Notes under the pieces: generated by a model
Database searches by the model: none
What the model was told of the DNA's origin: nothing
What the model saw: the letters and a program-made list of their open reading frames with translations, nothing else
Position numbers and translations under genes: made by a program
Shown: positions 39,075 through 53,431 of the stretch, one piece after another
Position numbering within the stretch: position 1 is the stretch's first letter
Layout: each line of letters opens with the position of its first letter
NCBI RefSeq assembly: GCF_001194135.2
Contig: NC_068994.1
Span: 41,858,189 to 41,922,188 of the forward strand
Direction: 5' to 3'
Length of the DNA: 64,000 nt
From: Octopus bimaculoides
Lineage: Eukaryota

Positions 39075-39855
39075 TTTAAATTGTTTCAGCTTTAATGATG
39101 TGGTCATGCTAGGGCACCACCATATATCTATATATTGTGTGTGCATGTGTATTTGCATCTGTATGTGTGTATCAAAGTATGTGTGTATATAATATATACA
39201 GCAACCCTCTTTTTTGAAAACAGGTATGGACGGATCATGTATGAGATTTCTAAAAGTCAAAATGACCTGAATATCTCAACATGATTACAGCACCATCTAT
39301 AATCAAGTAGTGACAGAAACATGCAAGAATTTATTGTGATTAGGTTTTTGAAAGTGGTAAAAGGAAACTGGTTTTAAAAATGAATACCACTCAAAGAAAA
39401 ATTCTGAATTCTTTCATTTTAATTTTTGTTTCGGTTTTTGTTTTGTTTGGTGTCCTTGTTTTTTTTTTCTTTTTAGTTTTCAATTTTTATGTTACTTTTA
39501 GATTAACATAATAATAATGAAGTCGATGGTGATGAAGGTGAGGTGGAGGATAATGAAGATGATGATGATGATGATGATGATAGTATAACAACAACAACAT
39601 AACAAAATCAACAATAATACAACCACAATAACAACAATAAAATAGCAACAACAATAACAATATGATATTGATGATAATAATGATGATAATAATGATGATA
39701 ATGGTGGTGATGGTGATGATGATGATGATGGCAAGAGATAGAAGAAGAAAAGACGAAAAAGAAGAAGAAAAAAAAAGAAGAAAGATAATGTAAATAACAA
39801 TAAATATAAAAATAAAGATGAAAATTATTAGCGAAGGAAATATTTCCTGCTTTAG

Positions 39856-39920
39856 TTTGCACTGCCATTGTCTTTTTAACATGCATCGTCTTGATCTTCG
39901 TTGCACACCGATTCAAATAA
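39856..39920 (+). other. Candidate terminal exon encoding a C-terminal transmembrane helix
   Basis: tttcctgctttag|TT TGC ACT GCC ATT GTC TTT TTA ACA TGC ATC GTC TTG ATC TTC GTT GCA CAC CGA TTC AAA TAA = (x)CTAIVFLTCIVLIFVAHRFK*. AATAAA overlaps the stop. Confidence 0.25.
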
Positions 39921-40312
39921 AAATTGCATTCTTCCATACTGTGTATACAAGCCACGCTTTCTGCCAGCCAAAGCATACAATTGGTGCACTTTTCACGCAG
40001 ACTTGGAAGTTTTCCAGTTTCCAATCTATTGCCTCACTAAACACTAAAACNNNNNNNNNNNNNNNNNNNNNNNNNNNNNNNNNNNNNNNNNNNNNNNNNN
40101 NNNNNNNNNNNNNNNNNNNNNNNNNNNNNNNNNNNNNNNNNNNNNNNNNNNNNNNNNNNNNNNNNNNNNNNNNNNNNNNNNNNNNNNNNNNNNNNNNNNN
40201 NNNNNNNNNNNNNNNNNNNNNNNNNNNNNNNNNNNNNNNNNNNNNNNNNNNNNNNNNNNNNNNNNNNNNNNNNNNNNNNNNNNNNNNNNNNNNNNNNNNN
40301 NNNNNNNNNNNN

Positions 40313-40363
<51 letters not shown>

Positions 40364-43085
40364 AAATATACATTATATAAATATATATGTGTGCGTATTT
40401 GTATATATATATATATTTACATATATACATATATATATGTTATATATTACATATATATATGTATATATTATATATATATATTATATATATATATGTACGT
40501 ATGCCTGCATACCTACATATATATACACACACACGAATATATAATCACATGCACAAAAACTATATCTCTCCCTTTCTCTCTCTTTCTCTCTCTTTCTCTC
40601 CCTTTCTCTCTCTCTCTCTCTCACTTTCTCCCCCTCTCTCTTTCTCATACTATTCATCTATCTATCTATTTATCTATCCATTGATCCCTCGTTAGCCCTC
40701 TAATTTAATTTATACTTTATCTTGATATTTATTCTATATCACCTTAACATTGTTTTACTTTTATTTGATTTTTTTTTTTTTTTTTTTGCATATTTATCTC
40801 TGTCTCCCTATGATATGTAGGAAAGAATTGTTAGGCTTAAAAAAAAAAAGTAAATATAAAATATATGAAAATACATTAAAAAATATACAACATATATGAA
40901 ATATATTAATACAAAATAAATAAAGGAACCAGCTATTTTTGTATTAATTTAGCAATGTTTCTGAGGTTGAAATCTCTATCAATAGTCCTAGTGATAAGCC
41001 ATTTATATACACCTCAGGAGAATTAATTTCTCACATTTCTCTGACACTCCCTGCAGTAATATAATAAATCACATAAGCATAAATTTGCATGCTCACATAC
41101 ACATTTGCATTCATATATTCATACAAGACGTAGAAGCTCACACATACATATATATGTATCTATATTTTTAAAATCATTTATATTATATAGGCAAGAAATC
41201 GTAAAATATGAGTGTTTATATATTTACAAATGTAATATATGTGTATATATGTATAGATATGTGTGTATGTGTACATGTATATATGTATATGTATATGTAT
41301 ATATGTATACATATATATATATGTGTATATGTATATATATATATATACATACATACATATATATGTGTGTGTATGTATATATACATATGCACACACATAC
41401 ATACAAACATATATCACTGTATTATGTATATATTAATTATTTCTGATAATAGGTTACAGAAAAGTCTTTCTTTTTGCTTTTATATGCTCTCTCTCTCTCT
41501 CTCTTTCTCTCTTTCTTTCTGTCACTCATGTTCCCACTCACATTTACACACACGCACTTATATACATCCATGCACACAAACATACATAGATAGCTACAAA
41601 CACACATGAAATTACACATAAACATATACAAATGCATACACATACACACAGACAGACACACTAACTGACACATACACATGCACATCCATACACACATACA
41701 CACATCTGTTTTAATGATAAGACTACAATAAAATATTTTCGATATTTGTTTTGATTTTTTTTTTGAATAGCTTTCTGGTTATTATTATTATTATTTTTTT
41801 TTTGCTTTTTATTCTCATCATCTTATATTTCTAAAAAGTATTGTATGTTTCTACAGAGGGATTTTTATCTCAAACAGCTTTAGTAAATTGAAATAGAAGA
41901 CAGCAAAGGTGAAATCATAATAAGAGAAATTCTTATTATTATTCTTTATGCTTATTTATTTAAAGACTAAAAGCAGAGCTTAGGTAGGTAATATTGACTT
42001 TATAGTAACAGTGAATACTAAACTAAATGGTAAACAAGTCTGTATCGGTATTGATTTCTAATATTGGCACAATGCCAGTGCCATGCGAGACACGGCCATA
42101 CTGAGCAACTACCCAAGGGACACACCTAGTGCTATTTATCTAATATATGGAGATTTAATTAGGAAATCAGATTTCTGATTAAATGTACCAGGCATAGTAT
42201 AGGCACAGGCCTGTGTGATTAAAAAGTTTGTTTCCCAATCATATGGTTTTGGGTTCAATCACACTGCAGGGTACCTTGGGTTATGTTTTTTTTTTTTCTA
42301 TACCTCTGAGTTCACTAAAGCCTTGTGTGTAGATTGGGTAGACAGAAATTGAAAGGGGACAGTGATTCATTTATATGTCACTGTACCACGCAGTCTATCA
42401 GATGTTGCTACATACCACTGGTCACAATGCATGTTGCGTTGTTTTCGCTTTCGAGTAATACCACTCCACTGGGTAGGTGGGCGGGTCATCATCCCCCCAC
42501 CCTGAACGGAATTCCAGTCAGTCACAGGGTTGCCCTTTTACGGCTGAGTCAGCCGGAGCAATATGGAAGGAAACGTTTTGCTGAAGTTGTGAGTGAGTGT
42601 CACCCTCATACAAGTGATATCAATAAATTCCATCTGCTTCATGCATGTTAAAGTGATGATGTTGATGACGAGGAAGAAGAGGAGAGAGTTGTTGTTGTTG
42701 TTGTTGTTGCTGTTGTTTTTGGTGGTGGTGGTGATGGTGGTGGTGGTGATGAAGGTGGAGGTGGAGGACAGAGCTGTTGTTGTGGTTGTTGTTGTTGGTG
42801 GTGGTGGTGGTGGTGATAGTGGAGGAGGAGGAAGATGATGGTGGTGGTGGTGGTGGNNNNNNNNNNNNNNNNNNNNNNNNNNNNNNNNNNNNNNNNNNNN
42901 NNNNNNNNNNNNNNNNNNNNNNNNNNNNNNNNNNNNNNNNNNNNNNNNNNNNNNNNNNNNNNNNNNNNNNNNNNNNNNNNNNNNNNNNNNNNNNNNNNNN
43001 NNNNNNNNNNNNNNNNNNNNNNNNNNNNNNNNNNNNNNNNNNNNNNNNNNNNNNNNNNNNNNNNNNNNNNNNNNNNNNNNNNNNN

Positions 43086-43181
43086 AGAGGAGGAGGAAGA
43101 GAGGAGGAGGAAGAGAGGAGGAGGAAGAGAGGAGGAGGAAGAGAGGAGGAGGAAGAGAGGAGGAGGAAGAGAGGAGGAGGA
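43086..43181. repeat. 14-bp purine tandem repeat (agaggaggaggaag), about 7 copies
   Basis: Direct reading; truncated by the N-gap on its left. Confidence 0.9.
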
Positions 43182-43906
43182 AAATGCAAGGAAATAAATA
43201 TCTTTGAGAATTGACCGAGTTTTACTAGAGTACAATTATGGCTTTAACTGATATTAACTGATATTAACCTTTTAAAGAGGCAAACTTCTGAGCCACAAAG
43301 GGTTAATACAGTAGACACTTGTAGTCAAACAAGATGTATCATTACTAACTACACCACATATATTTAATATTGCATTGTGAGATAGTTGCTGAAGTCATAA
43401 CAGTACCGAAAGACAAGCAACCTCAACTACATTATTCACCAGATTCAGTAGAGTGTATGTCCCCCATGCTAGAAAATATGCTAAAAGTAGCAAACAAAGA
43501 AATAAGATGGGGACTGAGCCAATTAAGAAGCCTCTACATGGTCACTCGACATGCTAGAAATAGCAACAATATATCTATTACATTACACAATACTATCTTA
43601 AAATAAATGCAACATCTTGTTGACCTCGGTGAGATGTGAACTCAGAGCAGATATCTTTGGAACAAATGCCTCATGGTGTTTAATGACTCAATCTCTTTGC
43701 TGCCTGTATTATGTCATTACCAGTGTGCATAAGCTGGTTGTATGCTTATTTGTCCATGATAGAAAAGTGCTGCTTGAACAGTGTCTTTCTGTGGTATATG
43801 AGACATTTTGGCACTGTTGTGGCCCCAGATTTTTGTAGTCACTGATTTGATGCTGACTTATTTGACGTCATACGTTTTAATGTTTCTCTCATTCTCTCCT
43901 TTTCTT

Positions 43907-43941
<35 letters not shown>

Positions 43942-44430
43942 CTCTCCCTTTCTTTCTCTCTCTCTCTCTCTGTTTATGTGTGTGAGCATATTTCTCTTTA
44001 TTTCCATGTGGAGAGGGAATGTGTTTATGTTAATCATGTTCAGTTAATAAAGTGTAATCTCTCTCTTTCTCTCTCTGTGTCTTTCTCTCTCTCTCTGTCT
44101 TTCTCTCTCTGTGTCTTTCTCTCTCTGTGTCTTTCTCTCTCTCTCTTTCTTTCCCTCTCTCTTCTTCTTTCTACCTGTATGTGTATATTTCTGTGCACAT
44201 ATGTGTGGCATGTTTGACTCCAATGCGAAAAATTACTGCCACCAAAACCGGTTCAATGTCCAGTAAGCCTTGCCAAATCACCAGTGTTGAAGCAGCTGGT
44301 CCCAACCAACTCATCTCTGTTCCTATGGTCAGTTGGTTAACTCTGACAACTGAATTTGAACTCAGAATGCAAAGAGCCAAAACAAGCATATAACTTTAGA
44401 GATACACAACCTGGGACTATTTAGCTTATA

Positions 44431-44467
<37 letters not shown>

Positions 44468-44837
44468 AAACTTATTAGGGAATCAAATTTTCCTTAATAA
44501 AACACAAGTAAGCAAATCTAAAACAGACTTAGTGGCTTAAAACTGAGAATTAACAAAATTTTATTGGATTTCAATTATGTTTTCAACTGATACCATGATA
44601 AGGTTTCTCATCTGATATCACAAGACATTTTAGGGAATTATCTGATATTACAAGACATCTCTGGGGATTCCAGTAATTTGCTATCATGATTGCCACACTA
44701 TTCATCAGTTCTAAAAGTTGACAATAATAAGGTTTAATCCTTTTGATACTAACATGCCTGAGACCACTCATATTTCTATGATACAAACTTCCTATTTTAA
44801 CCCTTTAACAATCAGGTTACTATGTTACAGGTCACAT

Positions 44838-45265
44838 GGGTGCAGATATGTCTGTATGGTAAGAAACTTGCTTCCCAACCACATGGTTCTGGGTTCAGTC
44901 CCACTGCATGGCACCTTGGGCAACTGGCTTCTATTATGACTTTGGACTGATCAAAGCCTTGTGACTGGATTGGTAGATAAAAATTGAAAGAAGCCCATTG
45001 TATAAATGTATATATATATATGTGTGTATACTTATGTATGTGTCTGTGTTTGTGCCCCCCACCCCCCTTTAACTGCTTGACAACCAGTGTTGGTGTGTTT
45101 ATGCCTGCATAACTTAGCAGTTCAGCAAAAGAGATCAATAGAATAAGTACCAGGTTTAAAAAAAGAAGTCGATACATTTGACTATAAATTCTTCAAGGCA
45201 GTGACCCAGCATGGCCGCAGTCTAATGACTGAAACAAGTAAAAGATAAAAGATAAAAGATAAAAG
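44838..45265 (+). mobile_element. Full-length SINE family A with (AAAGAT)n tail
   Basis: Head, CORE-like segment, central microsatellite and 3' gactgaaacaagtaaaag are all present. Confidence 0.88.
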
Positions 45266-45719
45266 ATGTCAAATGTCATCAGCATCATCAAAAGCCAACC
45301 AGGCCAAAGCCTGCACCAGACTTCTGTGACTGTTTGGGTGGGATTTTTACAGGTGGATGCCCTTCCTAACACCAACCACTCAGCAGAGTGGACTTAGTGC
45401 TTTTTACGTAGCACAAGCACAGGTAAGGTAGCTGGATACCCTTCCGAACACCAACCACTTTACAGTGTGGATTGGGTGCTTTTAAGTGGCACCTGTACTG
45501 ACAGGGTCACCAAGTACATGCAAGGCAAAAATCTTTAAGAGAGGAGGAGGCATTGGTGGAGGTGATGATGAAAAGGCTATAGCGAGATAGATATAGGTGT
45601 CTTGCTGTAGAGGAAGTACAATGTTACCTGGCCGGAGGGAGAAAGATCAGGAATGAAGACAGAAACAGGTGTGCTACCACAAAGAAAATACATGGTTGTC
45701 CAACCTGAGGGAAGTGCAG

Positions 45720-45780
<61 letters not shown>

Positions 45781-45999
45781 AGACTGTAGGATGGAGATGG
45801 TGGCAAAATGCTGGACATGCTCATAAGGAACGGGGATCAGAGTATAAATAAGATGGTTGAGTAAAGGAAGAGAGAGATATAGATGGTGGCAAGTGCCAGG
45901 GCATACCCTTGAGGTTTGAATGCCATAATATAAGTGGCAGGATATTACAAAGGGAGTACGATTAAAGAATGCAAGGAAGCAACGAAAGACCTGGGTATC

Positions 46000-46231
46000 A
46001 TCATCATCATCATCATCATCATCATCGTTTAACGTCCGCTTTCCATGCTAGCATGGGTTGGACGATTTGACTGAGGACTGGTGCAACCGAATGGCTACAC
46101 CAGGCTCCAATCTAATTTGGCAGAGTTTCTACAGCTGGATGCCCTTCCTAACACCAACCACTCAGAGAGTGTAGTGGGTGCTTTTACGTGTCACCCGCAC
46201 GAAAACGGCCACGCTCGAAATGGTGTCTTTT
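46000..46231 (-). mobile_element. Repeat family C, well-conserved 3' part
   Basis: (cat)n-cgtttaacgtccgctttccatgctagcatgggttggacg...ggatgcccttcctaacaccaaccactc; truncated by an N-gap. Confidence 0.8.
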
Positions 46232-46553
46232 NNNNNNNNNNNNNNNNNNNNNNNNNNNNNNNNNNNNNNNNNNNNNNNNNNNNNNNNNNNNNNNNNNNNN
46301 NNNNNNNNNNNNNNNNNNNNNNNNNNNNNNNNNNNNNNNNNNNNNNNNNNNNNNNNNNNNNNNNNNNNNNNNNNNNNNNNNNNNNNNNNNNNNNNNNNNN
46401 NNNNNNNNNNNNNNNNNNNNNNNNNNNNNNNNNNNNNNNNNNNNNNNNNNNNNNNNNNNNNNNNNNNNNNNNNNNNNNNNNNNNNNNNNNNNNNNNNNNN
46501 NNNNNNNNNNNNNNNNNNNNNNNNNNNNNNNNNNNNNNNNNNNNNNNNNNNNN

Positions 46554-46612
<59 letters not shown>

Positions 46613-46896
46613 CCACAATCCTCCAACTGTGGCAGAATGCACACTAACATGGAATAATTGCCTCCATGGTATGACTCTATGTTATAAGACATACCTCATG
46701 TTAATTATATTAATCATACTCTTCCATGCTGGCTTACGACAAGTTGAAAGAGGGTATGAATTTTGGAGTTCTCCTTCTAGATTGCCTCCACTGCAGTTAA
46801 GGAGTTCAATCTATATTGAAGGTATTGCTCATTTATGCACATTATTTTGATTTAATCATGTATTATCTTGTAGCTTTAAGATTTTGATGCGATTAC

Positions 46897-47560
46897 TCTC
46901 TTTTTACTCTTTTACTTGTTTCAGTCATTTGACTGTGGCCATGCTGGAGCACCACCTTTAGTCAAGCAAATTGATCCCAGGACTTATTCTTTGTAAGCCT
47001 AGTACTTATTCTATCGGTTTATTTTGCCGAACTGCTAAGTTATGAGGACGTAAACACACCAGTATCGGTTGTCAAGCGATGTTGGGGGGATAAACACAGA
47101 CATACACATACATACATACATATATATGTATATATATNNNNNNNNNNNNNNNNNNNNNNNNNNNNNNNNNNNNNNNNNNNNNNNNNNNNNNNNNNNNNNN
47201 NNNNNNNNNNNNNNNNNNNNNNNNNNNNNNNNNNNNNNNNNNNNNNNNNNNNNNNNNNNNNNNNNNNNNNNNNNNNNNNNNNNNNNNNNNNNNNNNNNNN
47301 NNNNNNNNNNNNNNNNNNNNNNNNNNNNNNNNNNNNNNNNNNNNNNNNNNNNNNNNNNNNNNNNNNNNNNATATATATATATATATATATACATATATAC
47401 AACGGGCTTCTTTCAGTTTCCATCTACCAAATCCACTCACAAGGCTTTGGTCGGCCCGAGGCTATAGTAGAAAACACTTGCCCAAGGTGCCACACAGTGG
47501 GAATGAACCCAGAACCATGTGGTTGGTAAGCAAGCTACTTACCATACACCCAATCCTGCT
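46897..47560 (-). mobile_element. Full-length SINE family A with internal gap
   Basis: Close reverse-complement match to 54689-55570. Confidence 0.9.
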
Positions 47561-49708
47561 TATTTTTAGTGTGACACTGTAAGGTAGTTATGAGTGGCTG
47601 GATCTGGTTTGCTTGAACATAAAACTAGAAGACTATTTGAGCCAACTATAGTCAATGTAAATGTTAAAAGGTTCAAGTGATTTGACTTAAAGCCTTCCAT
47701 CCAAATTTCATGTTGATTTATGTTTCCAACACCAGCTTAATTTTTTTTTTCTTTTTTCAGATTCTTCATTATTTAAAAAGTTAACCGAAACAAATGTAAC
47801 AGAAACAGTTAACCGAAACAAATGTAACAGAAACAGTTAACAGAAACAGAGTAACAAAACCTCTGAATGCAAAGATGTGAAATGAATGGATCTTGCAAGC
47901 CATTTTACCCAAAAAATCTAATAATTCTACCAAATGACATATGTATGGTGGCCATAATATATCAAGGATAGGGTGAAGAATATAAAGAGATATGAAGAGG
48001 GCCAAGAAAATGTTTGTAAGAAGAACATTCAGAGAAGAATTGAGGATAAGTAATATGTCTGTTTATTTGATTATAGTTAAGTAAGCATTTACTAATGTGC
48101 AAGTGAGAATAACAGTTAGAGAAGATGAATCATACATGGCAAGGAAGAATTTATACCAATAGTATATTTATTTCGTAATAATAGATGTATTTACTAAATG
48201 TAGCAGATAATCATGACAAAAAACGAGAAAAACAGATTAATCACTGAAATAGGGGGAAAAAAACATAAATATTGAATAAGAATATTAAGGTATATATATT
48301 AAAAGATAGATATGGAGACAGAGTAAGAATATATCTTCATTGAACAATAGGTTGAATAGCTGTGGTTGATATATTGTTAGTAAGCGCATCATGACAAGGG
48401 AAGACCATTTCTGCATCAGGAAAATATTCAGTAGAACGAAGAAAGGAGATGTGGCTTACATACAGATCTATATGAATGAATAACAGTGGCATCAACTTGA
48501 AAAAGATGTAAATAACTTTTGCTTGACTATTACTAAAAAATTCATTATCCTAACGGGGGTGGAAAATAGCATTTTGTTTGATGAATATTGTGCTATAGTC
48601 AATTGCTTTATCAACATCAAACATCTGAAAAAAAAAAAAAAGGGAAAAGGAGAAAAATGAAAGGAAAAAAAAAAAAGGAAAAATTATGTGGCATTGTGTT
48701 GCGAGGTATGAATATATATATATATGTATATGTATATTTATTTATTTTTCTCTCTTCTATAGAAACATTTGCAACTTGCAAGAGAATGGACTAGCAATGG
48801 AAAACAGATTCAGACACAGCAGGAGACAAAAGAGTGTGTAGCAGGAAAAGGGAAATAACGATGACAATAACAAAACAACAACTACAGCAACAAACAAACA
48901 AACAAAAAATAAATATATATATAATGCATTTGCAACAACAACAACAACAACAACAACAACAAAAACAACAACAACAAATGATACTGTCAACAGCAAGAAC
49001 ATCCACAACAATAATATATTGAGTATAGAAATGTAAAGCAGAAAGGAGAAAAATTGTGAAAAAATGCCTATCAGTTTAAAGAATAGAGAGATGCAAGCAG
49101 TCAAATGATAGTTACAGCCTTTTCTGATATATATTACATATATACATATGAATATATATATACATATAAATATATATATATATAGATATATACACACACT
49201 CATATGTATGCATTTGCTGCTTTTCTTTTATTCTTTCTTTTTTTTTTTTTTGTAAGATTGTAAACAAGAAATACAATAATGAAGATGGAAGATAAAAGAG
49301 AAGATGGCGAAAGGTAACATTGTGCAGTTATTGGAAATCCTTTCATTGCAAAAGAGATGTGCACTTTGCATGTGGTTTGACTTATTAGGAATTCACTTTC
49401 AGAACTTGACATTCACGACATAATTAAGAGAGATAGGCATGTGGAACCTTCTACAAGATATATACATAGATACATACATACATGCATATCTCTCTCTCTC
49501 TCTCTNNNNNNNNNNNNNNNNNNNNNNNNNNNNNNNNNNNNNNNNNNNNNNNNNNNNNNNNNNNNNNNNNNNNNNNNNNNNNNNNNNNNNNNNNNNNNNN
49601 NNNNNNNNNNNNNNNNNNNNNNNNNNNNNNNNNNNNNNNNNNNNNNNNNNNNNNNNNNNNNNNNNNNNNNNNNNNNNNNNNNNNNTATATATATATATAT
49701 ATAAATGC

Positions 49709-49750
<42 letters not shown>

Positions 49751-50764
49751 GTATATAATATATATGGATATTATGTATATGTGTATGAGTCTACATGCAA
49801 ATAACATTTTATCACTTTTACATGCAATTTTCCATTTAATCATGAGTTGAACAGTTCTTCAAATTCACACATTTGCATAAATTGTGAGTCATATAATTTA
49901 CAGATAGATGCTCTATCAAACATAAAGTAGACGAGTTTCATGTTTGAGGGATCCTAGTCATTATATATGCACGCTTGTAAGAAGCAGTTTTAGCTTTTAA
50001 AGGCTGTAAGCTTAGGCATATAATTCTAGATGTTTCACGAATTTCCATTCATCTGCTTTTACATATGATTGTGATTAAGAAGAAAATTTGGAGGCCTTAG
50101 TAACCAGAGATCTGTAAGCAACAAAGATTTCTTCTCACTACAAATATTGAAAGACAGCTCAACAATCAAATGCATACACACATATGTAAATAAATGAACA
50201 CACACACACTATACAATTCTTTTTGGGAATGTGGATCTTGAAGCAGATAGACTAAAACAATGGTTTCACATTTTGCCACAAGGCCAGTAAGTTTGAGGGA
50301 GGAGATAAAATGATTACATCGACTCTAGTACTCAGCTGGTACTTATTGTATTGACCTCAAAAGAATAAAAGGAGAAGTCAACCTCAATGGAATTTGAACC
50401 CATAACGTAAAGGTAATTGAAGGGCCAGTAAGCATTTAGTCCAGTGCGCTAATGATTCTGCCTGGGCACCACCTTAAGTAAGCTACAAATAATAGCATGT
50501 AAATATTTGGTTAAAAAAATTTTCTGGATAGAAATAGTCAAAGGCTGATTGTGGGACTCAAACTCACATCACTAACAATGGTGCCAAGAGTAGCATGCCT
50601 GTCATGTTTACAGGAGACATGGGTTCAAGCCCCACATGCAGCCTTCGTCATATCACTCCAAAGGGGTTTTATGCTTTGAGATACAACTTTCAAAAAATTA
50701 AATACTTCTTGTTCTCTGAAACTTTATAAAATCCTTCATATGGTCAACATATATATATATCCTT

Positions 50765-51340
50765 ATCATCATCATCATCATCATTGCTTAATGTCCGCTT
50801 TCCATGCTGGCATGAGTTGAACAAGTTGACTGAGGACTGGCGAACCAGATGGCTGCACCAGGCTCCAGTCTGATCTAGCAGAGTTTCTACAGCTGGACGC
50901 CCTTCTTTATGCCAACCACTCCGAGAGTGTAATGGATGCTTTTATGTGCTACCGGCATGAGGGCCAGTCAGGCAGTACTGGCAACAACCATGCACAAATG
51001 GTGTTTTTTACATGCCAGCAGCACAGGAGCCAGTCCAGCGGCACTAGCAACGACCTCGCTCGAATGATCTTTTTCATGCCACCGGCACAAGTGCCAGTAA
51101 GGCAACGTAGATAACGATCACGCTCAAATGGTGCTTTTCACATTCCACTGGCACAGGAGACAGACAGCTGCTCTGCCAATGGTCACACTCGGCTGGTGTT
51201 GTTAGCGCTCAACTGGCATGGGTGCCAGTCATCGAATTTGGTTCAATTTCGATTTCACTTGCCCCAACAGGTCTTTGCAAGCAGAGTTTAGTGTCCAATG
51301 AAGGAAAGGTTGGCACAGATGCTAGTCATCAAGTTTGGTT
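50765..51340 (-). mobile_element. Long copy of repeat family C with an internal array of about 64-bp subrepeats
   Basis: Same 3' end as the copy at 46000, followed by four related units between about 50938 and 51215. Confidence 0.75.
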
Positions 51341-53431
51341 CGATATATATATATACATATATATATNNNNNNNNNNNNNNNNNNNNNNNNNNNNNNNNNN
51401 NNNNNNNNNNNNNNNNNNNNNNNNNNNNNNNNNNNNNNNNNNNNNNNNNNNNNNNNNNNNNNNNNNNNNNNNNNNNNNNNNNNNNNNNNNNNNNNNNNNN
51501 NNNNNNNNNNNNNNNNNNNNNNNNNNNNNNNNNNNNNNNNNNNNNNNNNNNNNNNNNNNNNNNNNNNNNNNNNNNNNNNNNNNNNNNNNNNNNNNNNNNN
51601 NNNNNNNNNNNNNNNNNNNNNNNNNNNNNNNNNNNNNNNNNNNNNNNNNNNNNNNNNNNNNNNNNNNNNNNNNNNNNNNNNNNNNNNNNNNNNNNNNNNN
51701 NNNNNNNNNNNNNNNNNATATATATACACATACATACATACATACATACATGCATACATGCATACATACATACATACATACATGGTTGGTGACCATGCCA
51801 GTGCTGGTGCTGGTGTAAAAACCATTCAGTCCATTCTGCAGGGTCGTTGGTATTAGGAAGGGCATCCAGCCGTGGAAGCCATACCAAAACAGACACATTA
51901 GCCTGGGATAGTCTTCTACCTGGGTAGCGCATGTCAAACTGTCCAACCCATGCCAGCATGGAAGGTAGATGTTAAATGATGATGATATACATACACTGTG
52001 TGTGTGTGTGTGCATGCATGTGTGTGTATATGTGCATGCATATATCTGTTTGCATGCAATACACAGGCTTAAACATAAAGTGTAGTAGAAGCATAAGAAT
52101 AACTGGATATATAGGAGTGGTTATAAATGGCTGACTGTTTAGCTCTGTAAATGATAGAGGCATTCTTCTTATAGACAACATAATATATGACAGCATAGAA
52201 AGTAGACTTAGAGGAGCTGGAAAGAAGACATGAGATCTCTTGTATGTTTTGGAAACAAAGGATTTTTTTCACCATAGAAAAAGACAGCCTATAAGTGACA
52301 TGTGTAAGCAATCGGAAGTTGTGAGACATGAGTAGTGAATGCAGTGGTGGTGAGGATGGGGATCTAGATTGACAATAGAGATATGAAGTGAATATGATTT
52401 GTTGCATGTGTAATGTTACCTTGAGAGAAAGTTTGAGAAGAATTTACTAGAAAATGTGTCTGAGCATGAAAGGTATTAGGAGAAATTGATATGTTGATGT
52501 GCATGTGAAATGCAGAGGAATATTGCATGCTGGGAGGGGAAAAAAATGAGAAATGGAATGGATTGTTGTGGGAAGATGTCCAGAGATATCCTTTGGCCTG
52601 GTGCAGGTTTAAGAAGGCTGATAGGTAGGGAGAGAGAGTACTCCCTAATATAAAAATAAAACAATGCTTAAGAATTGATGTTGATATATAAAAATAAATA
52701 AATAAATAAAACAGCTGTCACTGGCAACAGAGTATGACTTGGTTGTATGTAACGTGCTTATGTTTCCTGTTTCATAGTGCCTTTAGAAAACTTCTTGGTC
52801 AGCTCACACTCAATCCACAGAACATCCTTGCTGTGATAGCAGGAGAATAAAGAGAGTAGACTAAGGTATTGTAAAATGAAGTGACTTGTTCAAGAACACA
52901 ATGTTCTCCCCTGTTCAGTACTCGAACCGACGACCTTATGACATGAGACCAACACAAACTCCAGTTCACTCAGCTGTAGAAATGAGTTGCGATGTCACTG
53001 GTGCCAAGCTGTATTGGCCTTTGCCTTTCTCTTGAACAATAGTGGTGGCGTGGAGAGGGGAGGCTGGTATGCATGGGTGACTGCTGGTCTTCCATAAACA
53101 ACCTTGCTCGGACTTGTCTCGGAGAGGAACTTTCTAGGTGCAATCCCTTGGTTATTCATGACCGAAGAATGTTCTTAATACCTTATCTTATATATTACTC
53201 TGTGTAAAAACCAGTTTGTCTGGAGCCCAACCAAGGATTTACAATATAGAATTGTGATGAGCCATAACTTTGGACCCAGCTATAAGAATTTTTGGAGTTC
53301 TTCACTAATCTAAACAATATTGTTAGTCTGGTGTGCAGACATAGATCTTATGAAGTATTTTGCCCAGATTGATAATCCTTCACTATTAGCTCATGTGACA
53401 CAGCATATATAAAATGCTATTTTGAAATAGA

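Noticed and set aside
47761-47880. Strong T-rich acceptor with short ORF and 28-bp tandem duplication
   Set aside because: The sequence resembles the interior of the MITE at 26864-27010 in reverse orientation; repeat-derived, and no donor.
47900-52640. Very decayed LINE-like (47900-48460) and PLE GIY-YIG-like (52000-52640) minus-strand traces
   Set aside because: Similarity rests on a few scattered residues across frameshifts; too weak to call without a profile search.
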